Below, in pieces: positions 1 to 8,880 of a stretch of 64,000 bases of DNA. The notes below the pieces were generated by a model. That model worked only from the letters and a program-made list of their open reading frames with translations. It ran no database searches and was not told where the DNA came from. The translations under genes and the position numbers were made by a program. Position 1 is the stretch's first letter. Each line of letters opens with the position of its first letter. This DNA comes from Candidatus Hermodarchaeota archaeon. Lineage in GTDB: Archaea > Asgardarchaeota > Lokiarchaeia > Sigyniarchaeales > SOKP01. The stretch is taken from the NCBI GenBank assembly GCA_048885925.1, contig JBHLLG010000008.1, positions 1-64,000 on the forward strand, read 5' to 3'.

Positions 1-609
1 AACAGAAGTGCTCCAAAAACTCAAGCAGCTCTTTTGGAGGCTATGGCTGAGCGACAGGTAACTATTGAAGGTCAAACTCTGGCACTTGATAAGCCATTTA
101 TTGTTCTTGCAACTGAGAACCCTGTAGAAATGGAGGGTACTTATCCTTTACCAGAGGCACAAGTTGATCGCTTTTTATTTAAACTCTGGCTTGATTATCC
201 AGAACAAGATGAAGAAGTAGAAATTATGAGAAGGCAGATTTCAGGAGAATCTCCTTCTGTCGAAGCTATAACTAATGGTGAAGAAATTCTTGCAGCTCAA
301 AAGATCGTGAATTTGGTGTATATTGATGATCGAATTTTAAAATATATCAGAGATCTTGTTTTGAAGACTCGTAATCATCCTCAAATTGCTCTTGGATGTG
401 GACCTAGAGCTTCACTCACTTTAATGAAATGCGCAAAAGCAAGAGCAGCTATACTTGGACGAAATTATGTGACTCCTGATGATGTGCGTGCTTTAATTGT
501 TCCTGCACTAAATCATCGAATTCTATTAAAACCAGAAGCAGAACTGGAAGGTCTTGATACAAAAGCGGTGTTAAAATCAATAGTTGAAGATATCCCAATT
601 CCAATTTAA
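1..609 (+). CDS. moxR: MoxR-family AAA+ ATPase, 5'-truncated by window edge
   Basis: Frame open from base 1: [49 protein letters not shown], typical of MoxR. Confidence 0.92.
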   Translation, partial: NRSAPKTQAALLEAMAERQVTIEGQTLALDKPFIVLATENPVEMEGTYPLPEAQVDRFLFKLWLDYPEQDEEVEIMRRQISGESPSVEAITNGEEILAAQKIVNLVYIDDRILKYIRDLVLKTRNHPQIALGCGPRASLTLMKCAKARAAILGRNYVTPDDVRALIVPALNHRILLKPEAELEGLDTKAVLKSIVEDIPIPI

Positions 610-688
610 AAAATTCAATTTTTTAATTGGTAGTAAATTTAAATCATAATATAAAATGTAAATGTTTAAAAGACAACGGTGTTAAAAT

Positions 689-2017
689 ATTTTAGGAGGA
701 AAAGGAAGAACTTTAGTTTTATTTGCAGTATTTTTTCTTACTGCTGGATTTGCATTTGAAAATTATTTCTTACTTTATTTTGGGATTTTATTATTATTTA
801 GTACAATTATTAGTTTACCTGTATTCTATTATAAGATGAATGCAGAAGAATTACGAGTCCATAGAGAACTTGAAAAGGAAAAAGTATTTAAAGATGATTT
901 CGTTCACGTAAAAGTCGTAATTGAAAATATAGGACGAAATAGCTTTGATTTTATCGAAATACGGGATAATTACAATCCACAACTTTTTAGATTAATTTTA
1001 GGTGAAAATTTTATTTCTACTCGGATCGGACCTAAAGCAACAATTAAATTCTCGTATGTTCTTGAACCTAAAGTAAGGGGTGAATATGCACTAGGACCTT
1101 TATCAATTATTGTTAAGGATAGATTAGGATTTAACTCAATAGAAAGAATTGTTCCAGATAGTATTACTGATATTTTAATTTATCCTCCATATGAAGATAT
1201 TAAGAGGATTGAAATACTAGGTTCTAAGCGTTCATTACAGCTTAATTATGGTATACAACGATCAAAGCAAAAAGGACTTGGTTCAGAATTTTATGGAATG
1301 AGAAAATATGTTTTTGGAGATCAGTTTCGATTGATTGATTGGAAAGCAAGTGCTCGCTCGCAAACCTTAATTGTAAAAGAATACGAGAGTGAAAGAGATG
1401 TAACCGTTATGATTTTAGTAGATTCTTCAGATACTATGGCAGGAGGTGCTATTGAAAACACAAAATTCGAATACTCAATAAGAGCTTGTATGCTTTTAAC
1501 AAAAGTTGCCTTAACAAGAAGAGATAATGTTGGGGTATTCACATTTTCAGATAAGAAAAATCTTAATTTCTTAAAACCTGATAGTGGTGAGGATCATTTT
1601 TATCAGGTTTTAGATTTTGTTGCCCGGATTAAACCACAAGGAAAGTGTAAAATTAATGAAGCAATGGAGCATTTTACAAGACGTTTTCAAAAACGAAGCT
1701 TAATTTTCATTATTTCCGATTTAGAAGCAAATCCTAAAGATATTACTCAAGCTATTAAAAAATTAGTTCCTTTCAATCACACAATCATTGTTATTAACCC
1801 ATTTAGTCCTTGGTTTGAAATTCATGAAATTGATTTATCTTCAACGGATAAAGCCTTAGCGGAAGCTATTAGTGAAGAAATGATGGAACATATTTTGCTC
1901 ATAAAACAAGATCTAAGGAATCTGGGCATTAATATAATAACTTGTGGACCCGATGATATGATGAACCAAGTTTTAAGTAATTATATGGAAGCAAAGAAAA
2001 AGGGGAAGGCGTATTAA
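689..2017 (+). CDS. DUF58/vWA-like protein with N-terminal TM hairpin; probable ATT start at 689 (first ATG at 836)
   Basis: G.GSEFYGMRKY..GD..R.IDWKASAR and LVDSSDTM motifs; reading frame open upstream to 686 and encodes a hydrophobic segment; follows moxR. Confidence 0.85.
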   Translation: MLGGKGRTLVLFAVFFLTAGFAFENYFLLYFGILLLFSTIISLPVFYYKMNAEELRVHRELEKEKVFKDDFVHVKVVIENIGRNSFDFIEIRDNYNPQLFRLILGENFISTRIGPKATIKFSYVLEPKVRGEYALGPLSIIVKDRLGFNSIERIVPDSITDILIYPPYEDIKRIEILGSKRSLQLNYGIQRSKQKGLGSEFYGMRKYVFGDQFRLIDWKASARSQTLIVKEYESERDVTVMILVDSSDTMAGGAIENTKFEYSIRACMLLTKVALTRRDNVGVFTFSDKKNLNFLKPDSGEDHFYQVLDFVARIKPQGKCKINEAMEHFTRRFQKRSLIFIISDLEANPKDITQAIKKLVPFNHTIIVINPFSPWFEIHEIDLSSTDKALAEAISEEMMEHILLIKQDLRNLGINIITCGPDDMMNQVLSNYMEAKKKGKAY

Positions 2018-2020
2018 AAA

Positions 2021-3454
2021 ATGACTCGTTATTATTTATTAACTTTAAAAATTATCAATCTTGTAATATTTTCTTTTATATATATTACATTTTTAGTGTC
2101 AATTTTTGATTTTGATGCGGTAATCACTACTGCTGATAATGAATTAGTGATAATTGCTTTTTTTAAAGCGGTTAAAAATGTTTTTTCATATATAATCTAT
2201 GGTGTCAGTTTACTTATCGCTTTGGGATGCGCGGTCGCAACTGCTGGTGTATATAGCAGCTCAATGACTCGATTTATTGAAGTTTTTTTTAGAAACTATT
2301 TGAGTAAGTGGTTTTCAATTCCTCAGCCTAGCCTAAAAGATATTCCTTCTTTAATGTTAAATGAAGTAGAAGTGCTTTTTAATGATCTATACTTATTCAT
2401 TTTTCAAATTTTATTTGTGATATCAGTTATATATGCAATTAGGGCATTTTTTAAACCTGATCCAAAAAATTCAATAATAGCTATTGGGTCAATCATTCTC
2501 ATGATTATTGTCCCTTTAATGGTGGTTGGATTAAGAGATATGTTGAACTTATTTGGATTACATTTTACTTACTTAGATGAAATGGCTAATCCGCTCAATT
2601 CTCAACTATTTGACATACCTATTGATAATTTCTTTCTTTTTATTGTAAGTCCAGTTATATTATTTAGTATAAATTCTTATATTTTTTTAGAAATTGCATT
2701 CCAAATAAATTATGCAGATACTGTTACTAAACCATCATTAGAGAGAAGCGATAGATTAGAAGCCCAATTGAATGTTTTAGCACGGGAATCACACTATATT
2801 ACTGCTAATATTGATAAGATAAAAGAAGAAGCTAAAGAGAGAATGCGAGAAATTGAATCAGAACAGAAAGAAGGATTAGCTATTGGAAAGTTCTTTGCAA
2901 AAACAACTAAAAGATTTTCATATGTAAAAGAAATGATTGAACGGAGAAAATTAGAGGAAGAAGAAAAAAAATTGGTTACCGCAGCATCTAAGACAAGAAG
3001 ACTTGGTAGATACATAGATCGCCTTTTTCGGGAAGATACAGAATCTAGAAGTACATTAACAGCAAGTTCATCAGCACCAAGAGCTAGAAATTTAGTAACT
3101 TCAACTGTTATTAATTTCACTTATCGTCTTGGTTTACTTTTAATTATAAGTTATGTAATAATACACCCTGAATGGTTTTTAGATAGAGTAATCCAATTAC
3201 CTGACTCAATTACTGAAAGTGTTGTATTGTATTCTCCCGAAGTTATAATAATTATATTATTACCAATCATGTTAATCTTTCCCGTAATTTCAAAACTAAT
3301 TTCATTTATTAAACATCGAAATTTAATAATTCGATTACAACAAGAAGGGCGTATTAAGGAACTTCTAACATCGGTTGGGGATTATGTTAAAAAAGAAGAA
3401 CCTGAAATACCATCAGATAAAAAAGTCGAGGAAGTAGTAGCCGAATCTGCTTAA
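2021..3454 (+). CDS. Multi-pass membrane protein with central charged coiled-coil loop, unknown function
   Basis: 477 aa ORF 3 bp after DUF58; about 7 hydrophobic segments and an E/K/R-rich middle. Confidence 0.75.
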   Translation: MTRYYLLTLKIINLVIFSFIYITFLVSIFDFDAVITTADNELVIIAFFKAVKNVFSYIIYGVSLLIALGCAVATAGVYSSSMTRFIEVFFRNYLSKWFSIPQPSLKDIPSLMLNEVEVLFNDLYLFIFQILFVISVIYAIRAFFKPDPKNSIIAIGSIILMIIVPLMVVGLRDMLNLFGLHFTYLDEMANPLNSQLFDIPIDNFFLFIVSPVILFSINSYIFLEIAFQINYADTVTKPSLERSDRLEAQLNVLARESHYITANIDKIKEEAKERMREIESEQKEGLAIGKFFAKTTKRFSYVKEMIERRKLEEEEKKLVTAASKTRRLGRYIDRLFREDTESRSTLTASSSAPRARNLVTSTVINFTYRLGLLLIISYVIIHPEWFLDRVIQLPDSITESVVLYSPEVIIIILLPIMLIFPVISKLISFIKHRNLIIRLQQEGRIKELLTSVGDYVKKEEPEIPSDKKVEEVVAESA

Positions 3455-3472
3455 TTTTTAATTTATTGATTT

Positions 3473-4402
3473 TTATAAATTCATTAAAAATCGAGCTAAT
3501 TCTCTTTTCTTCTTTAAATTAGACATTAGTGTATCATAACAATAAGTTTTAATTCCTAATTCTTCAATTTTAGGTTTTAGATCAATGTCTTTATTATCAA
3601 TAATAAAATTTCCTAAAAATTCTTTATATAGATTTGCAACTCCTAAACACGAAATTTCTAACCCTTTAGATTTCATCATTTTATCTGCTGGACCTTTAAC
3701 AGCGGCTCCTTGTACTATTGGGCTTATTCCAATAACTCTATTTTTTACTTCTGAAAGTGCATTTTTTATTCCTTTTACGTTAAGAATAGTTCCTATAGAA
3801 ACAATAGGATTAGAGGGGCAAATAATAATTTTTCTAGCTTTCTGTATATATTCTATAACACCTTCAACTGGTACTGCCTTTTCAATTCCTTTAAATTCAA
3901 TATTTAAGATATCTGGTTGACACTGATATTTTATAAAATATTCTTCAAAATGCATGGATTTTAAAGGGGTTTTTATATATGTTTCAACCGGCTCATTACA
4001 CATAGGAATAAGATGAGATTTTACACCTAAACTTTGACATATCATATTTGTGATTTCTGCTTTATTAAAACCTCGCCTAAATAAATCTGTACGATAAATA
4101 TGAGTAGCTAAATCTTTGTCACCAATATTAAACCATCCAGTATCATAAAATTTCTTCAAAATATTTAAACAATTAAAAGATTCTTCAATAAATCCCCAGC
4201 CTTTTTCTTTATCGACTAAATTAGCTAATGTATATGTAATTATATCTAAATCAGGACAAATTTTAAGCCCAAACAATTCAATATCATCACCTGTATTTAC
4301 AATGATTTTTAGTAATTCTGGCTCTACAATATTTACTAATCCTTCAATTAATTTAGCAGCACCAATTCCACCTGCTAATATGACATAAAAATTCTCTTGC
4401 AT
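3473..4402 (-). CDS. cofD: 2-phospho-L-lactate/PEP transferase (F420 biosynthesis)
   Basis: LAGGIGAAK, VNTGDD, ICPDLD, WFNIGDKDLATH, CPSNPIVSIGTIL, VKGPADKMM. Confidence 0.95.
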   Translation of the reverse strand: MQENFYVILAGGIGAAKLIEGLVNIVEPELLKIIVNTGDDIELFGLKICPDLDIITYTLANLVDKEKGWGFIEESFNCLNILKKFYDTGWFNIGDKDLATHIYRTDLFRRGFNKAEITNMICQSLGVKSHLIPMCNEPVETYIKTPLKSMHFEEYFIKYQCQPDILNIEFKGIEKAVPVEGVIEYIQKARKIIICPSNPIVSIGTILNVKGIKNALSEVKNRVIGISPIVQGAAVKGPADKMMKSKGLEISCLGVANLYKEFLGNFIIDNKDIDLKPKIEELGIKTYCYDTLMSNLKKKRELARFLMNL

Positions 4403-4414
4403 AATATATTTACC

Positions 4415-5821
4415 TTAGAGTGTTGGCTCGAATATTACTTCTTGCAAATTTTTACGATTTGGAGGCTTTATACTTTCAATAGGATATCCCACTGTGAAAA
4501 AAGCCATTGGGATGTAAGATTCAGGAAGATTCAAACATTCTTTAATAATACTTTCAGCAAAAAGTGGAGCACAATACCAACATGCTGCTAATTTCTTCAT
4601 TTCAAAACTAATGAGTAAATAAGTTGCTGAACTACTGATACTTTGAACCCCCATTAAGAATTCTTTTTCTGCTCTTTCATCATCCGAATATTCATTAAAA
4701 TCTGATATATTTAAGCATAGCAATATTAAAATTGGTGCTTCTAGAAAATTATTTCTAGATTTTTCAACTTTAGATCGAATGAATTCTTTAGATTTTCCAT
4801 CTTTTAATAAATCAAATCTTAATTTTTCATTCATTCTATCTATTAAACTTTCACGTAGCTTATCTCTCTTTAAGATTATATATCGCCAAAATTGCCCATT
4901 ATGCGCACTTGGAGCCCATCTCGCTAACTCAATGCATTCTTCAATAATTTTTTTTTCCACGCTTTTAGTAGCAAAACGAGTTTTATAGCTTCTGCGATTT
5001 TTTAGAACTTTTTTTACGATACTTTCTTCATTTGCTAAAAATAAATCAATTTCTTTATTTCTTAAAATTGATTTAATAGTTGACTTTTCATTCAATTCAA
5101 AATTATAACCTCTTATTAATACAATCGGAATACCTTCATCTGATTCACCCATAACTAATTGTGCTGCTGCTGCAAGACTATCCACCTGACCAACAATAGT
5201 CGTTTTGAGTTCATATCCAAATAGATCTTTTTTGCCTCTTAAATCTAAAATGGGATTTATTCCTGAAACTCCTATAGCAGTTCCAATGGCTCCTAATCTA
5301 AAAGCTCTACCAAATGAATCAGAGATGATTATAGCAATTTCTTTTTTAGTTTTATTTTTCAAGCATATTCTTATTTTCTCAGCATCATTATCTGGGTTTT
5401 CAGGTAATAAGGAAACAATTCCTTCACCTTCAACATTAGATTTATCTATTCCAGCATTAGCACAAATAAAACCATGTTTTGTTTCAGTTATTAATACATG
5501 TTCTTCTTTTATAATATCCCTGGATTCATCCAAAATCGCTTGTATTAGTTGAGGATTTTTTTCTGGTAATGCATTAACTACCATTTTCGGATTAATTGAT
5601 CTGTATAATTGAAGTGCTCTCTCAGTTGGTTCGATCACATTCAAATTTCTTATTCTTCCATTGCTTTTTGAAATGATTGTTTGGGCAATAACAATAATAT
5701 CTCCATCTTCTAATAGTAATCTATTTCTATCCAAAGCACTAATTATAATTTCAGGGATGTTATCTCCCTTTTTAATCAATGGAATTCCTTTTAATCCAAT
5801 AATTTTAATTTCATTTTTCAT
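4415..5821 (-). CDS. cofE: F420-0:gamma-glutamyl ligase fused to C-terminal nitroreductase domain (FbiB-like)
   Basis: ICANAGIDKSN, ISDSFGRAFRLG, MGESDEGIP; C-terminal RRS...ARWAPSAHNGQFWRY nitroreductase motifs. Confidence 0.92.
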   Translation of the reverse strand: MKNEIKIIGLKGIPLIKKGDNIPEIIISALDRNRLLLEDGDIIVIAQTIISKSNGRIRNLNVIEPTERALQLYRSINPKMVVNALPEKNPQLIQAILDESRDIIKEEHVLITETKHGFICANAGIDKSNVEGEGIVSLLPENPDNDAEKIRICLKNKTKKEIAIIISDSFGRAFRLGAIGTAIGVSGINPILDLRGKKDLFGYELKTTIVGQVDSLAAAAQLVMGESDEGIPIVLIRGYNFELNEKSTIKSILRNKEIDLFLANEESIVKKVLKNRRSYKTRFATKSVEKKIIEECIELARWAPSAHNGQFWRYIILKRDKLRESLIDRMNEKLRFDLLKDGKSKEFIRSKVEKSRNNFLEAPILILLCLNISDFNEYSDDERAEKEFLMGVQSISSSATYLLISFEMKKLAACWYCAPLFAESIIKECLNLPESYIPMAFFTVGYPIESIKPPNRKNLQEVIFEPTL

Positions 5822-5827
5822 GGTAAT

Positions 5828-6889
5828 TCAATTTTTAATATTATTATATCTTTTAATATCTGATTTTGAACTTTCAGCTATTTCTTCAAACTTATTAGGG
5901 ATAGCACAACATGCTGAAAAAAATTTAAATTGGATTTTAGAATTGTAGTTTTTTAACCATTTTAAAGTATCTTTAGATGGAATTTCAATTCTGTTTATAC
6001 CTGCTTTAATAGCTAATTTCTCAATCTCAATTTTTATTTTTCCACGAGGTCTCATACACCCTAATGAAAGCTCTGTATTAGGAAAAGCAAATCTTAAAAT
6101 TGCAATTACTTTTGCTATATCTTCTGGTTTTGGTAATTCAAATTTAGTCTTAGATTCTTTAGGAGGAATTAGTGCAATGATAACAATTAGGGAAGGATCA
6201 ATTTTAGTTTCTTTTATGAATTTAATCGTTTCTAATTCCTTATTGAGCTTTCCATAGTTTAGACCAATACAAATATGAGGAACAATGTTTAATTTGTATT
6301 TCTTTAATAAATCTATTGCTCTTTTATATTCAATTAATCCAATATCTAAATGATAAATATCTTGAATAACTTCCTCATCCATATTTATATCAAATGATAC
6401 TATATCAACCTTAGCATCAGCAAGTTTCTTTGCAGTCTCTTCATTTAATAATCCAGTGTGTGTATTTATTATTAAATTTGTTTCCCTCTTCACTTTTTTA
6501 ATGGTATCTAAAAAAGTCAATAAAGGAACTGAACCATCTAACTTGCTTCCACCTGATATTAGTGCTCCAACTCCATCTTTTTTATAAAGATCGATTAAAA
6601 ATTTTTCTAGATCTTGATTTTCTAAAATAGGTTTCATTCCTTTCAAATATTTTTTATTACAATGTTCACAATCTAACGAACATTTAGTACCAGTTATACT
6701 AATTGCTGGAAATCTCTTTGTAGGATTATATATTTTCAAAATATTGCCAAAGTTTCTATGGGTGATTTCTTGGGCTAGATTAAAGAAATGATCTAATTCA
6801 TCGTGTTCTAATTTTAAAATTTCAGAAAAATCTAACCATGAGAGGGAATTATATTTAACTTTATCTAATAAAGTTTGAGTATTAGTCAT
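5828..6889 (-). CDS. lipS1: Radical SAM lipoyl synthase subunit LipS1
   Basis: CxxxCxxC (CSLDCEHC), GCMR and C-terminal CC motifs; adjacent to lipoate ligase. Confidence 0.85.
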   Translation of the reverse strand: MTNTQTLLDKVKYNSLSWLDFSEILKLEHDELDHFFNLAQEITHRNFGNILKIYNPTKRFPAISITGTKCSLDCEHCNKKYLKGMKPILENQDLEKFLIDLYKKDGVGALISGGSKLDGSVPLLTFLDTIKKVKRETNLIINTHTGLLNEETAKKLADAKVDIVSFDINMDEEVIQDIYHLDIGLIEYKRAIDLLKKYKLNIVPHICIGLNYGKLNKELETIKFIKETKIDPSLIVIIALIPPKESKTKFELPKPEDIAKVIAILRFAFPNTELSLGCMRPRGKIKIEIEKLAIKAGINRIEIPSKDTLKWLKNYNSKIQFKFFSACCAIPNKFEEIAESSKSDIKRYNNIKN

Positions 6890-7661
6890 ATTTTTTTAAC
6901 CAATTCAAATTTGAATATTTCTCGTTTACCAATCTGTTTGCTAACTCTTTTTCATTCTCAGAGTAAAAACCATCTTCAAAAATAACACCTAGTACATTTT
7001 CAAATCCATTTTTTAGAGAAGATATTAACTTTGCTTCTTGATATTTTTCTATATAATTTTTGATACCTATACACTTTGTTCGAACAGACTTGACCATTCT
7101 AGTTTTTCCTACATTTTTAGGGATTTTCAATATAGAATACATTAATTCAGGATCTAAATCTAATAAAATAGTACCATGTTGGAGTAGATAACCCCTCTTC
7201 CTAACTTGTGCATTCCCCGAAAACTTTTTTCCATTTAATAGAATAGCAGGGCAATGAATAACATCTTTCTCTGGTTCTAATCCAAAAATTGTTAATCCTC
7301 TAATTATTCCCTGGGTGATAATCTCAAATTGCTCTAATACGGTTTTAGCATCTAAATTCTCAAGATATTTTATAGGACATACAATTGAGTATGTAATTTC
7401 TCTAAATTCATCATGAAAAACAGCACCTCCACCAGTAATACGTCGTACTATATTAAATCCTTGTTCCTCAGCGAATTGAATATCAATTTCGTCCAATAAA
7501 CTTTGATTTCTCCCAATACTTGCAGTAGATGGCTTCCATTTATAAAATCTTAGTGTATTTGGAGATTTCCCTTCTATTGCCATTCTTAAGATAGCTTCAT
7601 CTAAAGCCATATTCCAATAACCGTTTCTAACTTCTAAAGGTAAAAATCTCCATATATTCAT
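6882..7661 (-). CDS. lplA: Lipoate/octanoate-protein ligase A family
   Basis: NMALDEA, VRRITGGGAVFHD, KKFSGNAQ, LQHGTIL. Confidence 0.93.
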   Translation of the reverse strand: MNIWRFLPLEVRNGYWNMALDEAILRMAIEGKSPNTLRFYKWKPSTASIGRNQSLLDEIDIQFAEEQGFNIVRRITGGGAVFHDEFREITYSIVCPIKYLENLDAKTVLEQFEIITQGIIRGLTIFGLEPEKDVIHCPAILLNGKKFSGNAQVRKRGYLLQHGTILLDLDPELMYSILKIPKNVGKTRMVKSVRTKCIGIKNYIEKYQEAKLISSLKNGFENVLGVIFEDGFYSENEKELANRLVNEKYSNLNWLKKYD

Positions 7662-7678
7662 TTTTTCCTAATTAGGTG

Positions 7679-8689
7679 TTAATTTACAAAATATTTCAAT
7701 AATTCACTTATTTCTATTTTTTCTTTTTCTGTTAATTCTCTTGGATAGTTATAAATAGGACCAGATGGTTTAGATGTATAAAAAGGACGATTACATCCAG
7801 GGCATCCAGAAGTTAAGAAGGCATCTGTATCATTGATAATCATATTTAATGTATTTCTACTAATATTGATATTGATTATTTCTCCTTTATTATTAAATGT
7901 AAAATCTTTTGATTTTATTTTATTGTTTATGATAAGAAATCTTCCTAATTGTAATTTTCGAAAACTTTTAAGAATAGGAGGTTGCAGGTTTTCAAACTTT
8001 GTGCCTTCTATTGGAGTAAATGCGAAAAACGAAATAAGAATTTTTAAATTATGCAATTTTTGGATAATTTCGATAACTTCTTTTTCTGTTTCCTCAAATC
8101 CAATTATTATATGAGTACTCACAAATCCAGGCGAGAAAATTTTAATAGCTTCCTTTAACTTCTGAAAATGTTCTTCCCATCTATAAGGACCTCCAACATA
8201 ACTACCTTTAATCTTATCAAAAATTTCAGAAGTGGCACCGTCTAAGGCAATTCCTACTCTTTGGACACCTATATTCTTTAATTCCCTCAATTTATCTTCC
8301 GACATAGGTGGGATAGCAACAGATATCGGGATATCAGTATAATTTCTAATCTCATTTATTATTTCTATTAAATCCCTAAAATTTTCTGGATAATTTAATG
8401 TTTGAATACAGATTCGTTTGAATTTTTTTGAATAGTGTATAATTTTTAACCTTGTCAGAAAATCTTTAAACGGAAAAGTTGGCCAAGTAACTCGCGAAAG
8501 TTTTTCTATAGAACTTTTTGATGATCTGGCTTGAGGACAAAAACCACAATTCGCTAAACAATGTCCCTCCTTAAATGTCATAACATAGCACGTAGTAGGG
8601 GGATTTTTGAATTGAGGTAATGACCCGAGACCCAAAACAGAAGCACTTCCAACAGATACTCTTAACTTTTCTATTGTCACTAATCTCAC
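7679..8689 (-). CDS. lipS2: Radical SAM lipoyl synthase subunit LipS2 (GTG start)
   Basis: CLANCGFC and C-terminal TSGCPGCNRP motif. Confidence 0.85.
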   Translation of the reverse strand: MRLVTIEKLRVSVGSASVLGLGSLPQFKNPPTTCYVMTFKEGHCLANCGFCPQARSSKSSIEKLSRVTWPTFPFKDFLTRLKIIHYSKKFKRICIQTLNYPENFRDLIEIINEIRNYTDIPISVAIPPMSEDKLRELKNIGVQRVGIALDGATSEIFDKIKGSYVGGPYRWEEHFQKLKEAIKIFSPGFVSTHIIIGFEETEKEVIEIIQKLHNLKILISFFAFTPIEGTKFENLQPPILKSFRKLQLGRFLIINNKIKSKDFTFNNKGEIININISRNTLNMIINDTDAFLTSGCPGCNRPFYTSKPSGPIYNYPRELTEKEKIEISELLKYFVN

Positions 8690-8880
8690 TAGTAAATTAA
8701 TTAAATTAAGTTTTATTGCTTCATTTGATAAATTTTGAAAATTCTATTTAATAAATTGATTTTAGGGAATTCTAAAAGGTATTAATTAGATAGATCTTAA
8801 CAAAAAAAATTTATTGAATTAATTATTAAAATATTAAATATTGTATTTATCCTCTAATACACAAAACGAGTCAAAATTCT

